A stretch of DNA of 64,000 bases, taken from positions 64,001-128,000 of IMG/VR virus record IMGVR_UViG_3300021399_000111, one strand, 5' to 3'. Of this stretch, positions 28,702 through 38,867 are shown piece after piece (within the stretch, counting starts at the first letter, position 1; every line of letters starts with the position of its first letter). Position numbers and translations under genes: made by a program. Origin of the DNA: a virus. Taxonomy: Duplodnaviria; Caudoviricetes. The notes beneath the pieces were generated by a model, which did not search any database, had not been told where the DNA came from, and saw nothing but the letters and a program-made list of their open reading frames with translations.

Positions 28702-29001
28702 TTATTCAGTCTTTTCCGTTTTAGCAGACTTTTCCTCTGCCTTAGCTCGCTCAGCCTTAATCTTTTCAGCCTTTGCGATGAGAGCTTTATTAGTGCATCT
28801 TTTGTTATCTACGGCGTCAATAAGATGATCTTCCGCCATAAGACGCTCCTGATAAAGCTGTTCACTATGCTTTGTCATTTCTGGCACGGAAAGAGATTTC
28901 ATACTCCGTACCATATTCTGAAATCTACGAAAAGTATCCGCAGAAGGCATTACATGCTTTACATCATTTACTGTTGAAATTTTAACTTCATTCTTTGCCA
29001 T
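28702..29001 (-). CDS. Hypothetical basic/helical protein
   Basis: Own promoter and RBS. Confidence 0.6.
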   Translation of the reverse strand: MAKNEVKISTVNDVKHVMPSADTFRRFQNMVRSMKSLSVPEMTKHSEQLYQERLMAEDHLIDAVDNKRCTNKALIAKAEKIKAERAKAEEKSAKTEKTE

Positions 29002-29106
29002 TTTTCTTTTCCTTTTTCTTTTGTTTCATTTTCTATAAATATTATAACAAAAATTTTATTAAAAATCAACTTTATGTTACTACACTCCCCACAAGAGTAT
29101 AAAGAA

Positions 29107-29457
29107 TGGAGATGACGGGAGTCGAACCCGTGTCTTGAAACCTTACTAATTATCAACCTTTTACGCAATAGTGTTTTTAAAGTGTTCTCTCACTTTTCGA
29201 GCTTTTCCTACTTCCACCACTTTATTTTGAGAAAATAAAGAAAACAATGTGTTTTTTATTCATAAAATCAAGCATTGACCAAACACGAGGAATAACTTGA
29301 AGTTCCATTAAAGAACTCAAGCAGCTGCCTGAGCAAGTCTTCTAGGAAAGTTTACAATTTTCTTGTCGTTTAAATTTATAGGTTGGTTGCATAACGCGCA
29401 TACCATTTCGTGCGAGTTAATAATATTCAAGCCCCAATCGATAGCCATTTCATCCCC
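29107..29457 (-). ncRNA. ssrA: tmRNA; tag (A)DKKIVNFPRRLAQAAA* at 29317-29367
   Basis: 5' GGGGATG pairs with 3' CATCTCC-A (G3.U), T-arm ACGGG-TTCGACT-CCCGT, 351 nt, internal ORF ending AAA-stop. Confidence 0.93.
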
Positions 29458-29609
29458 TTAACATCTCGGTTTGTCGATAACCGAAAACGCCAATGGTGTA
29501 GCTATATGCTCAAAGAACCTAGGCTCACTCTTTAAAAGTTAGATCTGCTCTACCCAAGCGACTTCCCATTGGATTAATCATTCTGCGGAAATTGCTAACT
29601 CCCGCATAG

Positions 29610-29680
29610 CAGCGGATACAGGAGTCGGACCTGTACGACATGAGTCAAAGTCATGTGTCCTACCATTAGACTAATCCGCC
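29610..29680 (-). tRNA. tRNA-Gln(UUG), T-loop TCC variant
   Basis: CATGA-CT-TTG-AC-TCATG. Confidence 0.9.
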
Positions 29681-29775
29681 ATAAGGGCTTTAAAAAAATG
29701 TTCACGATTTCACGCGGATCTAGTTTACGCACCCCTGCCTTGTTCTAGAATTGACAGGTTTCTACTAGATCCGCA

Positions 29776-29850
29776 TCGGGGTAGCGGGATTCGAACCCAC
29801 GACCTCGTGTACCCAAAACACGCGCTCTAGCCAAACTGAGCCATACCCCG
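29776..29850 (-). tRNA. tRNA-Pro(UGG)
   Basis: CGTGT-TT-TGG-GT-ACACG. Confidence 0.95.
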
Positions 29851-30131
29851 AGATACTCTAAGTAGATATAATGTATCGCGACCCATCATTTATTTTAAGA
29901 TTTGTAGCTCTCAAACCTCATTATATCTGAACTTAAAGTATAGAACAATTCATGCCGCATCTATCTGAAACTTGCCACGATATTTCCCTTTTGTAAGAGC
30001 TATAATATGCAAAAAGGAAAATAAAAAAGTTATTTATTCTATTGCTATGCTTTTGCATTTATAAAAACAAATAACTTTCTTTATCTATAAATAATTATAA
30101 CAAAAATTTTGAAAAATGTCAAAAATTTTAA

Positions 30132-30202
30132 CAGGCTCTGTAGGAATCGAACCCACATCTAAGGATTTGGAGTCTATTATGTTACCATTACACCAAGAGC
30201 CC
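30132..30202 (-). tRNA. tRNA-Trp(CCA), weak anticodon stem
   Basis: ATAGA-CT-CCA-AA-TCCTT (2 mismatches). Confidence 0.85.
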
Positions 30203-30286
30203 ATAATTAACGCATATTTTATGCGTTAATTTATTTTTTATTGTATATATATTATAACAAATATTTTTTATAATGTCAAAAATTTT

Positions 30287-32647
30287 TTATGGACAATTAT
30301 TATATAATCTAATATGGTAACCAGTATTAGTATAACCATTTGTTATTGTTGTCCAAGTAATAGCGGTGCCTCTACCTACCATACGATTATCAGAATTTCT
30401 AAAAGGTGTTAAATCATTACAATAAATAGTAAACCAACCTAATCTTGAAGATTGTGTATTAAATATGTTTTCTAATGCAGATGGCCTGTTCAATCCATTT
30501 TTAAAGAAAAGATTACAGTTAAGATAAGAACTGCAGTTAGAAAACATATATTGTGTATTATATATATTATTTTGGATATACATATTTACTTGTCTTAAAT
30601 TACTGCAATTACGAAACATATAAGCGGTATTGTTAATAAAAGTGTCTTCTGGAATGTCGATTGGATAATTTAATTTTTTACATTGTGCAAATAATAATTG
30701 AGCATCTATTAATGTGACATTATTACCAAAAGTTATGCTTGTATTAAAATTGTTACAATTATTAAACATCATTGCCGCATTATTTATATAGACATTATCA
30801 AATATAATTGGTTGATTAAAGGAAAGGCAATTATTAAATGCAATATTTGCATAGTTAATTATACAATTTGAGAAATTAACTGGAGCATTATAAATGCTAC
30901 TTTGAAATAAAGCTGTTATACTACTTATTGTAGAATTATAAAAATTAAAATTAAAATTTTTATTCAAAGTAATTAAAGACCCTTGAAAATTTGTATTAAT
31001 TATATTTAAATTAGTAATGTATCCAGGGATTCTAAGATGTGTATATGTAAATAATGAATTACTAATATTAATCATTTTTAAATTATTACAATTATAAAAC
31101 ATATCAGTTACACCATCACTATGAGAATCAATATTAATATTTTCAATATTGATAGATATTAATTGATTGCAATTAGCAAACATATAATTAGGATACATTA
31201 TATTTATATTATTTAAATTTAATTGTTGAATGTTACTACAATTAGTAAACATACCTAGAGCATTTTGAATGTTTAAATTATTAATATCTATTTGAAATAA
31301 TGAAGTGCAATTATTAAACATCCGAGCTGCTGAAGTAAAAGTGGTTTGATCAGCAAAATTTATTTGTTCTAATTTTGTGCATTGATTAAACATGTTTTCA
31401 GCAATTATTCTGGCTTTATTATTTAAAGTAAAATGACTTAAGTTAGAACAACCACTAAACATTTCATGCATATCAATTAATTCATTTTCTTCTTCATTTA
31501 TAATAAAATTAATATTTGCATTTAAATTATTGCAATAGTCAAACATATAAGAGTAGTTAGTCCCTGTCATTTTAATATTTATATCGGTATTAAAATTAGA
31601 AAAACTAAACATACTACCCCCATCATTTATTGATAATATGTTTATTTCTTCTCCAAGATCAGTAAAGCAATGAATATTTCCATTAAAATTATAACAACCA
31701 TAAAACATACTATATGCAAAAATATTCGTTTCATTGGATATTCCATAAAAATTAATAGGACTGTTTAATGAATGACAACTAGCAAACATACCATTGCAAA
31801 ATAATGCATTTACTTTAGTCGTAGTACCCTCCATTTTAATTATATTAATTGGTGAATTTAAATTACTACAATCTACAAACATATTTTCACCATAAAAATG
31901 TAAATCTGTTGCTACAGATGGTAAAAATACGAAATTACTATTAACTGTTGTAAGTCGATTGCAATAACCAAACATGCCATTATACCATCCACCAGATGAT
32001 ATATAGTTTTTTGTACTAAATTTAGAAAGACTAGATCCATAAAACATATTTTCACAACTTGATTCATAAGAATTCATTAGCATATTTTGATTACAATAAA
32101 AATCAGTTATTTCTTGACTTTGGAAAGACCCTACTAAATTATTAAAACAAATATCATCGATTGCATAGAAATTAATTGATTTAAACATATAATATGATGG
32201 TCGATAGGTTGTTGCAAAAGAATAGGCTAAATTTATACCATCTTTATCAAATGCTTGTGATGCATTCGCAGTATGATTATTACCAAAATAAAATTTTTTA
32301 CTATAAAGATAATGATTAAACATAACATAACTTAAATCTGTTATATTGTTTCCAATATAAATACTTCCGCCATTCTCCCCAAATATGAATGGCATTAAAG
32401 AAACACTTTCAGTTGACATTCCAGGGACTGCTGTCACATTATATTGATACTCAACATAATCAGAAATACTTGGTAAAGTATTATTCATTAAACAAAAATA
32501 ATCTCGTTCAGTATTTAATAATGTATTTTGAATAAATATTGAATTGATAGCATCTGGAAATTCATAAGGAGTATAATAATTATCTACATTTAATCTATCT
32601 CTAATCGCATTTGCTATATCGCTAAAAATTGATTGTATATTTTGCAT
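30287..32647 (-). CDS. DUF285/BspA-type Asn-rich repeat protein (putative virion adhesin)
   Basis: Repeated MF.NC.NLN.PI units; N-terminal IANAIR...TP.EFPDAINSI module. Confidence 0.8.
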   Translation of the reverse strand: MQNIQSIFSDIANAIRDRLNVDNYYTPYEFPDAINSIFIQNTLLNTERDYFCLMNNTLPSISDYVEYQYNVTAVPGMSTESVSLMPFIFGENGGSIYIGNNITDLSYVMFNHYLYSKKFYFGNNHTANASQAFDKDGINLAYSFATTYRPSYYMFKSINFYAIDDICFNNLVGSFQSQEITDFYCNQNMLMNSYESSCENMFYGSSLSKFSTKNYISSGGWYNGMFGYCNRLTTVNSNFVFLPSVATDLHFYGENMFVDCSNLNSPINIIKMEGTTTKVNALFCNGMFASCHSLNSPINFYGISNETNIFAYSMFYGCYNFNGNIHCFTDLGEEINILSINDGGSMFSFSNFNTDINIKMTGTNYSYMFDYCNNLNANINFIINEEENELIDMHEMFSGCSNLSHFTLNNKARIIAENMFNQCTKLEQINFADQTTFTSAARMFNNCTSLFQIDINNLNIQNALGMFTNCSNIQQLNLNNINIMYPNYMFANCNQLISINIENINIDSHSDGVTDMFYNCNNLKMINISNSLFTYTHLRIPGYITNLNIINTNFQGSLITLNKNFNFNFYNSTISSITALFQSSIYNAPVNFSNCIINYANIAFNNCLSFNQPIIFDNVYINNAAMMFNNCNNFNTSITFGNNVTLIDAQLLFAQCKKLNYPIDIPEDTFINNTAYMFRNCSNLRQVNMYIQNNIYNTQYMFSNCSSYLNCNLFFKNGLNRPSALENIFNTQSSRLGWFTIYCNDLTPFRNSDNRMVGRGTAITWTTITNGYTNTGYHIRLYNNCP

Positions 32648-32659
32648 TATTTTACCTCC

Positions 32660-34888
32660 TTATATATTATTATATACATAAATATTACCATAGTAGACAC
32701 CATATTCAAAAGGAGTCCATGAAATATAGGTTCCAGTAATAGAAGTATAATAGCCCCCTTGAGATTGCACATTAATAATTTTGTTAAAACAATTATTGAC
32801 ATCATTAACATGAATATTAATTCTTTTTGAAGAATCATATCCCGCAATAAAACTATCCACTCCTATAAGATTAGGGCAATAATTTAAATAAATATCTGAT
32901 GGAATATTGGATTTCATATTAGCAAACATCCCATTTATCATTTGAAGATTTTCTGCCATAGCAAAATTAAAAGGAGATGTTAAAATTAAATTAGAGCAAT
33001 TATAAAAAGCCCAAGATAAATCTATACAGTTATTATCTGAAACTCTGTTCATAGGCCCTGATTGTAAATTAGTACAATTATAAAAAATTCTACTAGCATT
33101 TTGATATTTTGACCATGGGAAAGGTTGATTTAACATGATTAAATTATTACATTCTTCAAACATGCTAACTGCATTTTTAAAATGATTTCCATATGTTGAT
33201 AAAAAACGAAAATTAAAATATTGCAAGTTAGTGCAATAATGGAACATATTATTGCCAGTAGTTATGTAACATTCTTCATAAGGATTTAATATTACACTTT
33301 GTAATTTAGTGCAGTATTCAAAAGCTGATTCTGCATTTCCACTAATCTGACAATTAATTTCTAATATTTGATTAAAATTTTCGCACCCATAAAACATCCA
33401 TGACATATTTCTAATTATAGCATTTGCATTATTAGAAGGAAAAATAATAGGTTGATTTAAATTATAACAATTTATAAACATATTATTCATATAAAGATTT
33501 ACTGGGTATCTTCTTTTGTACGAATTATAATAATTTGAATGTAATATTGACATTGGACTATTATAATTTTCACAATTGCAAAACATAGAGGAAAAATCTA
33601 TAAAATCTCCTTTAGATGTAGAATTATTGCATCTAATGTAATCAACATTAATAGATGAATTAAAATTATAACAATTTTCAAACATATTTGAAAAATTAAA
33701 ACTATTACCAAAAAATATAGAATAAGTATAATCATCAGTATTTTCTGCATCAAACATATTTATCCATTGTATTGTTCTTAAATTCTGACAATTTCTAAAT
33801 AGCTCAGTATAATTTCTTGTAAAACAATTATTAAAAACTACTGTAGTATTTAAATTATTACACTCAGCAAAAACTCCTATTAATGAATTAACAATTATAT
33901 TTTCAGATGTAAAATATAAAGGCTGATTTAAATTATAACAGCCTGCAAACATATAATCCATTCTAATTGGATAGTATGTTTGAGCAGATGTTGTTGCTGT
34001 TCTGGTATGAATATTAAAAGTAATTGGAGAATTTAAATTTTCACAATGAGAAAACATTCCTCTCATACTTCCCGCATAGTCTCCTTGTGGTTCAAAATTA
34101 TCCGTATAATATGAATTTCCAGAAAGAATCATGTTATTTGGTATATATAAAGGTTGATTAAAACTATAACATTCTGCAAACATATTTTCAGCATTTCCTG
34201 TAGCAAAATTTTGAAAATTTATTGGTTGATTGAAAGAAATGCATCGACGAAAACTATTAGAAGTATTACTAAAAATATATTCATTTAAATAAGATGGAAG
34301 CTGTACTATATCAGGGAAAATTAAAGGTTGATTAAAACTATATTGCATTCCTACTGAATGCAAAAATAAACCATATAAATTTTTAAGATGTGGTGTATTT
34401 TTAAAGTTTAATGGATAATTGTATGTTTCTTGCATTCGAAACATATTTGATATGCTAACTAAATTATTACAGTTTTGACTAAAATATACTGGACAAGAAT
34501 TATAAGTATCCTCCCAATATAAATTATGGACTTCACTTATTTTTGGTCCAATAGTAATATAATCTACTCCTGCGTTTGCGGGAATCGTATAACCATTTAT
34601 AATAACATCATTACATTCATTGATTATAGCATCATGCATTTTATATAATACTTTTTCAGATGATGGTTCAAAAGATTGTATTTGCATTAATCCTTCTGTG
34701 GGATATTCCATTTCAACAATACGCGGAGATCCAGAAAATGGCACTATTGAATTTATCATAGGAGCCATTTGTTCTGGTGTAAAATTTGTATTTATACTTA
34801 AAGTTTCTCTTAAAGCTACAGCTACATTATGAAAAATTTGAGGTATATTTATATTAAGAGGATTTTCCCAATTTGGTATTATAGACAT
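32660..34888 (-). CDS. DUF285/BspA-type Asn-rich repeat protein, paralogue
   Basis: Repeated MF.EC..FNQPL units; VAVALR...TPEQMAPMINSI module. Confidence 0.8.
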   Translation of the reverse strand: MSIIPNWENPLNINIPQIFHNVAVALRETLSINTNFTPEQMAPMINSIVPFSGSPRIVEMEYPTEGLMQIQSFEPSSEKVLYKMHDAIINECNDVIINGYTIPANAGVDYITIGPKISEVHNLYWEDTYNSCPVYFSQNCNNLVSISNMFRMQETYNYPLNFKNTPHLKNLYGLFLHSVGMQYSFNQPLIFPDIVQLPSYLNEYIFSNTSNSFRRCISFNQPINFQNFATGNAENMFAECYSFNQPLYIPNNMILSGNSYYTDNFEPQGDYAGSMRGMFSHCENLNSPITFNIHTRTATTSAQTYYPIRMDYMFAGCYNLNQPLYFTSENIIVNSLIGVFAECNNLNTTVVFNNCFTRNYTELFRNCQNLRTIQWINMFDAENTDDYTYSIFFGNSFNFSNMFENCYNFNSSINVDYIRCNNSTSKGDFIDFSSMFCNCENYNSPMSILHSNYYNSYKRRYPVNLYMNNMFINCYNLNQPIIFPSNNANAIIRNMSWMFYGCENFNQILEINCQISGNAESAFEYCTKLQSVILNPYEECYITTGNNMFHYCTNLQYFNFRFLSTYGNHFKNAVSMFEECNNLIMLNQPFPWSKYQNASRIFYNCTNLQSGPMNRVSDNNCIDLSWAFYNCSNLILTSPFNFAMAENLQMINGMFANMKSNIPSDIYLNYCPNLIGVDSFIAGYDSSKRINIHVNDVNNCFNKIINVQSQGGYYTSITGTYISWTPFEYGVYYGNIYVYNNI

Positions 34889-34953
34889 ATTAAAACCTCC
34901 TTTTCTTTCTATATATAAAAAGAAGGGTAAGATTTTATCTTACCCTTCCTAAT

Positions 34954-36075
34954 TTATTCAAATAAACAATCAGGACCACTTACTCCACATTTTATATCAT
35001 TATCTAATATTTCTTGCGGGAGACGGCTTCTAATATCTTTAAATTCTTCATCGCTGCCATAAGGTTCGTTTTTTACCTTTTCCATAAATTCAAAAAAAGT
35101 AACCTGTGGAATAATATTAATTAAATCTTGAGCCTTTCCCGCTAACTGCATTGTATAAAGTCCTTTGAGAATATCATCACTAATTTGACTTTCAATTTCT
35201 TTATAACATTCATTATAAAATTTCTTTGCATTAAAGAAATTTTGTTCTGCAAAAACAGGCTTCCGCTCAAGGCATTCAATATATGTAAAATAATGACCTA
35301 CCATCATTTCTGCGGTAAATCTCGCAATAGAACCATTAAAAGGATTTTTCTTTCTACAAAATTTAATAGCATTAATAGATGCAATAGTAGCTCCCCATTG
35401 ACAAAGATCAAAATTATATTGCGGCATTCCATCTTCATCTTGCCCAATTCTAGTAATAGAATGCTCAGAGCCAATCCGCCATAAATAAACAGGAGTATCT
35501 TGAATCACATTGATCATTAAAGGGCTCCCTTCAATGGTCATGCGGATCTTCCAATTTAGCTCACCATCCTCCATAGCGCGCAATTGAGTGAAACCAATTC
35601 CATTCTTGCGAAGAAAAGCTACATTGTAGAGTCTCCCGAATACCCATGGGTGTCCCACATCGCCGCGAGGAATAAACCGAACACCTTGAGGATTATTTTG
35701 CACTTCTTGGCAAAAAGGAGCTTGAACTTCAATAACTTCAGGTTTATTTACTCCTCTGAGTAAAAATTCAATAGAAAATGGAGTAAAGAATACATCATCC
35801 GCATCAATAAAAGTAATCCAATCTGTCTTGCATGCATCTAAACATCTTTGTCTTGCAAGCCCAGGGCCTGTATTTTTTTCACATTCAAGAATTGTAATAT
35901 CTAACTGCGGGAATGCTTTTTTCACAAAATCATAATCATCATTTGGGTTGTCTTTCGCAATAATAACTGAAATCATATCTTTTACAGTTTGAATATTAAT
36001 TGAAGAAAGACAATCTATAATATGAGCTTCCGCTTTAAAAGCGGGAATACCAACAGTTACTTTCTTTTCATTCAT
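34954..36075 (-). CDS. Glycosyltransferase family 2
   Basis: VGIPAFK, NTGPGLARQ, WITFIDADD, ED motif. Confidence 0.9.
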   Translation of the reverse strand: MNEKKVTVGIPAFKAEAHIIDCLSSINIQTVKDMISVIIAKDNPNDDYDFVKKAFPQLDITILECEKNTGPGLARQRCLDACKTDWITFIDADDVFFTPFSIEFLLRGVNKPEVIEVQAPFCQEVQNNPQGVRFIPRGDVGHPWVFGRLYNVAFLRKNGIGFTQLRAMEDGELNWKIRMTIEGSPLMINVIQDTPVYLWRIGSEHSITRIGQDEDGMPQYNFDLCQWGATIASINAIKFCRKKNPFNGSIARFTAEMMVGHYFTYIECLERKPVFAEQNFFNAKKFYNECYKEIESQISDDILKGLYTMQLAGKAQDLINIIPQVTFFEFMEKVKNEPYGSDEEFKDIRSRLPQEILDNDIKCGVSGPDCLFE

Positions 36076-36328
36076 ATAAATATTTCTCCTTGTGTCTCAT
36101 TTATATCTCTATATAATAATTATACTATAAATTTTTTTAGATGTCAAGAGATATTTATTTCTAAATATAATAAAAAAAAAGGAGGATAGATTAAACAAAT
36201 CTATCCTCCAATTTTTAATATTAAATTATAAAAATTATGGCGCAGTAGGAGCTGTCATAGCAGTTCGCATAACGGGTGGAGTTGCTTTCTAGGGGGCAGA
36301 TATTCTTCTGCCCCCTATTTCTTTATTA

Positions 36329-36538
36329 TTAATCATTGCTTGTGTCTATTTTTACATTGATGTTATAAAGATTTGTAATTTCTAATTTTAAAACTTCATC
36401 ATCTAAAAGAAAATCATCTAAGCAATCATACCCTGGAAGTCCAAATGTAATTAATAATAAATCATTTTCACTATAGAGATTAACTGTAATTACTTTCTCT
36501 GAAGCAATTACTTTAAGTAATCCTTCTAATGTAATCAT
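36329..36538 (-). CDS. Small hypothetical protein
   Basis: ORF with GAGGT RBS after tail fibre gene. Confidence 0.55.
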   Translation of the reverse strand: MITLEGLLKVIASEKVITVNLYSENDLLLITFGLPGYDCLDDFLLDDEVLKLEITNLYNINVKIDTSND

Positions 36539-36568
36539 GATGTGTTACCTCTCTTAATTATTCTATTT

Positions 36569-38533
36569 TTATTCTTTTGTTTCAAGAGCTTCTATTCTTT
36601 TAGTAAGATTATTTATCTCCTGTTGTTGCATTTGACAAAGCTTGATCAAGTACGGTGTAAATTGTTCATAAGCAACAGATCTAGGAACAAGTTTATTCTT
36701 ATCTTCTTCACTAGGTTCATGTATAATTAAATCTGGTAATATTTTTTCTACTTCTTCTGCAATTACACCAACTTTATCATTTAATCTAGTATTAGATACT
36801 TGATCATCATTATAATCAAAAGTAATTGTACGGATATCTAAGATTTTCTTTGCTCTTTCTTCAGTTAAATCTTCTATATTATGTTTATATCTTCTGGATG
36901 ATGTACCTGTGCTCCAAATAACAGTAGAACCAATGGCATAAACGAGATTTTTGTCGGTTTGCATAGTAAGAGTGCACTTCGTATTAGGAACGCCAAATGC
37001 TACCATAGTTGATTTATCCTCACTACCTATAGAGACAGCATAAGCGCGCCCTTCATTATCCCTTTGGACAATCGTAGCTCCAGAAGAAGTGCCTTGAGTG
37101 GCATTTAAAAAGGCTGCAGATTTAAGACCCTTAACACTTACATCTGCAGATGTACCGTTAGTATTAACTGAGATAGTACCATTAGCACTACCTGTACCAA
37201 TACTTCTAACTCCACTATTACTAAATTTAGTACCAGAAAGAGATATTCCATCACCCGCAGAATAAGTAGTATCAGTAGTAGGGGGTGTGTATCCTAATGC
37301 ACCAGTCACATTAGCCTTGGTTAAACTAAATGTAGTACCATTAAGTGTGATATTGCTACCCGCAGAATAGGTAGTATCAGTAGTGGGAGGAGTATATCCT
37401 AGTGCTCCAGTTACATTGGCTTTAGTCAAGCTAAATGTTGTTCCATTAAGTGTTATGTTACTACCAGCAGAATAAGTGGTGTTAGTGGTAGGTGGTGTGT
37501 ATCCTAATGCACCAGTTACATTGGCTTTTGTTAAGCTAAATGTAGTACCGTTAAGTGTTATATTATTTCCTGCGGAATAAGTTGTGTTATTGTCAGGAGG
37601 AACAACCCATTTTCCGTCTTGCCTTAAATACTTAGTAGTAGTAGTTTCATTAGGTAATTGTGGTGCTAAGCCATTTGCTGTTTTAGATACTACTCCTGGC
37701 TTATTAGAAAGATCACTATATGATCCACTAAATGCTACCGTTTTGAGATCAGCAAAATATTTCTTAATTTTACCAAATAATGTAGCTATAGTTTCTCCGC
37801 TATCAATATTAGTTCTACTAGCGGCTGCTGTAAATGTAGGAGTTTGATTATTAGTAGTTACATTAGGTACATTACCTAATCCAACATCACTAGCAGTAGT
37901 TCCATGAGGGTTAGTCCCCGCGGGATGCGTATATACATTAGTTTCAGTTCCATTAATAATTACATTACCATTTGTAGTACTAGCTTCTACTTTAGTAGCA
38001 TCAGTTCGAGCATGAGCAGATTGTGAGTGATCATAAGCGGTTTTACCTCTATCACCGCGGTAAGCGGTAGTAGAAGTTTCACCTAAAGCAAGATCAGTTC
38101 CAACAATTGCATAAGTAGTGCCACCCCAACGATAAGTTACATTATTTGGAATATCAATATAAATTTTACCATTTTCTGGAGTTATTTCTTTTGTTTTAGC
38201 AGAATCTTCATAAAATTTTCCGCTTGCTTTATCAAAATAACCTTCAATTACATCATCCACATAAGAAGGAAGTTGTGCGGTAGGCACATGACCATATTCA
38301 TCTAATGTGGCGATACCTGGAATTGGGTTACTAGGATCTGTTTTATCAGTAGGTTTCCCAATCATCTTAAAGAATTTATTTTCTACCTCAGTAAAATATT
38401 TTTTTATTTTTCCAAGAATTGTAGAATGTGATTCTTTGCTATTTATATTTGCCCTTGTGGAGGCTTCAGTGAACGTAGGATTGAGAAGTTCCCTAGTATC
38501 ACTACTATCATAAATATTATCTTGTGCTCTCAT
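36569..38533 (-). CDS. Tail fibre protein with C-terminal intramolecular chaperone (peptidase S74)
   Basis: SSRRYKHNIEDL, GVIAEEVE, coiled-coil end; Thr/Gly-rich repeats. Confidence 0.85.
   Translation of the reverse strand: MRAQDNIYDSSDTRELLNPTFTEASTRANINSKESHSTILGKIKKYFTEVENKFFKMIGKPTDKTDPSNPIPGIATLDEYGHVPTAQLPSYVDDVIEGYFDKASGKFYEDSAKTKEITPENGKIYIDIPNNVTYRWGGTTYAIVGTDLALGETSTTAYRGDRGKTAYDHSQSAHARTDATKVEASTTNGNVIINGTETNVYTHPAGTNPHGTTASDVGLGNVPNVTTNNQTPTFTAAASRTNIDSGETIATLFGKIKKYFADLKTVAFSGSYSDLSNKPGVVSKTANGLAPQLPNETTTTKYLRQDGKWVVPPDNNTTYSAGNNITLNGTTFSLTKANVTGALGYTPPTTNTTYSAGSNITLNGTTFSLTKANVTGALGYTPPTTDTTYSAGSNITLNGTTFSLTKANVTGALGYTPPTTDTTYSAGDGISLSGTKFSNSGVRSIGTGSANGTISVNTNGTSADVSVKGLKSAAFLNATQGTSSGATIVQRDNEGRAYAVSIGSEDKSTMVAFGVPNTKCTLTMQTDKNLVYAIGSTVIWSTGTSSRRYKHNIEDLTEERAKKILDIRTITFDYNDDQVSNTRLNDKVGVIAEEVEKILPDLIIHEPSEEDKNKLVPRSVAYEQFTPYLIKLCQMQQQEINNLTKRIEALETKE
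37255..37583 (-). repeat. Three ~105-bp in-frame tandem repeats plus a partial fourth (TYSAGSNITLNGTTFSLTKANVTGALGYTPPTTDT)
   Basis: Protein repeats near-identical, DNA diverged at synonymous sites. Confidence 0.9.
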
Positions 38534-38627
38534 TCCTTCGAGACCTCCTCTTTTATTTAAAAAATCAAGACAAAAGGGAGGCGGAAATGCCTCCCTTTAT
38601 GGATGCGAGTGACCAAGGGCCGCCGCA

Positions 38628-38846
38628 TTAATTCGAAACAACTTTAACCATACCTTCAATAGTTACATTACCATCAGCATTTGGAACACCAGAGACGAGG
38701 TATTTCCCCGTCTCCCGCTCCTCTTCGGTCATCGCTAACCATTCTTCATATGTTTTATTTGTAAATCTATTTTCTTTTATTGCCCCAGCATATTCTGTGA
38801 GGACTTCTTCAGCGTCTTCATAAGACATAAAATTTTTATCGCTCAT
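38628..38846 (-). CDS. Small tail-fibre module protein
   Basis: KTYEEWLAMTEEE resembles the GTxxEWxAL module of neighbours. Confidence 0.55.
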   Translation of the reverse strand: MSDKNFMSYEDAEEVLTEYAGAIKENRFTNKTYEEWLAMTEEERETGKYLVSGVPNADGNVTIEGMVKVVSN

Positions 38847-38867
38847 TTTTATTTAGTCCTCCTAAAA

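Noticed and set aside
30287-34888. Diversity-generating retroelement targeting the Asn-rich genes
   Set aside because: No reverse transcriptase or template-repeat copy in this window
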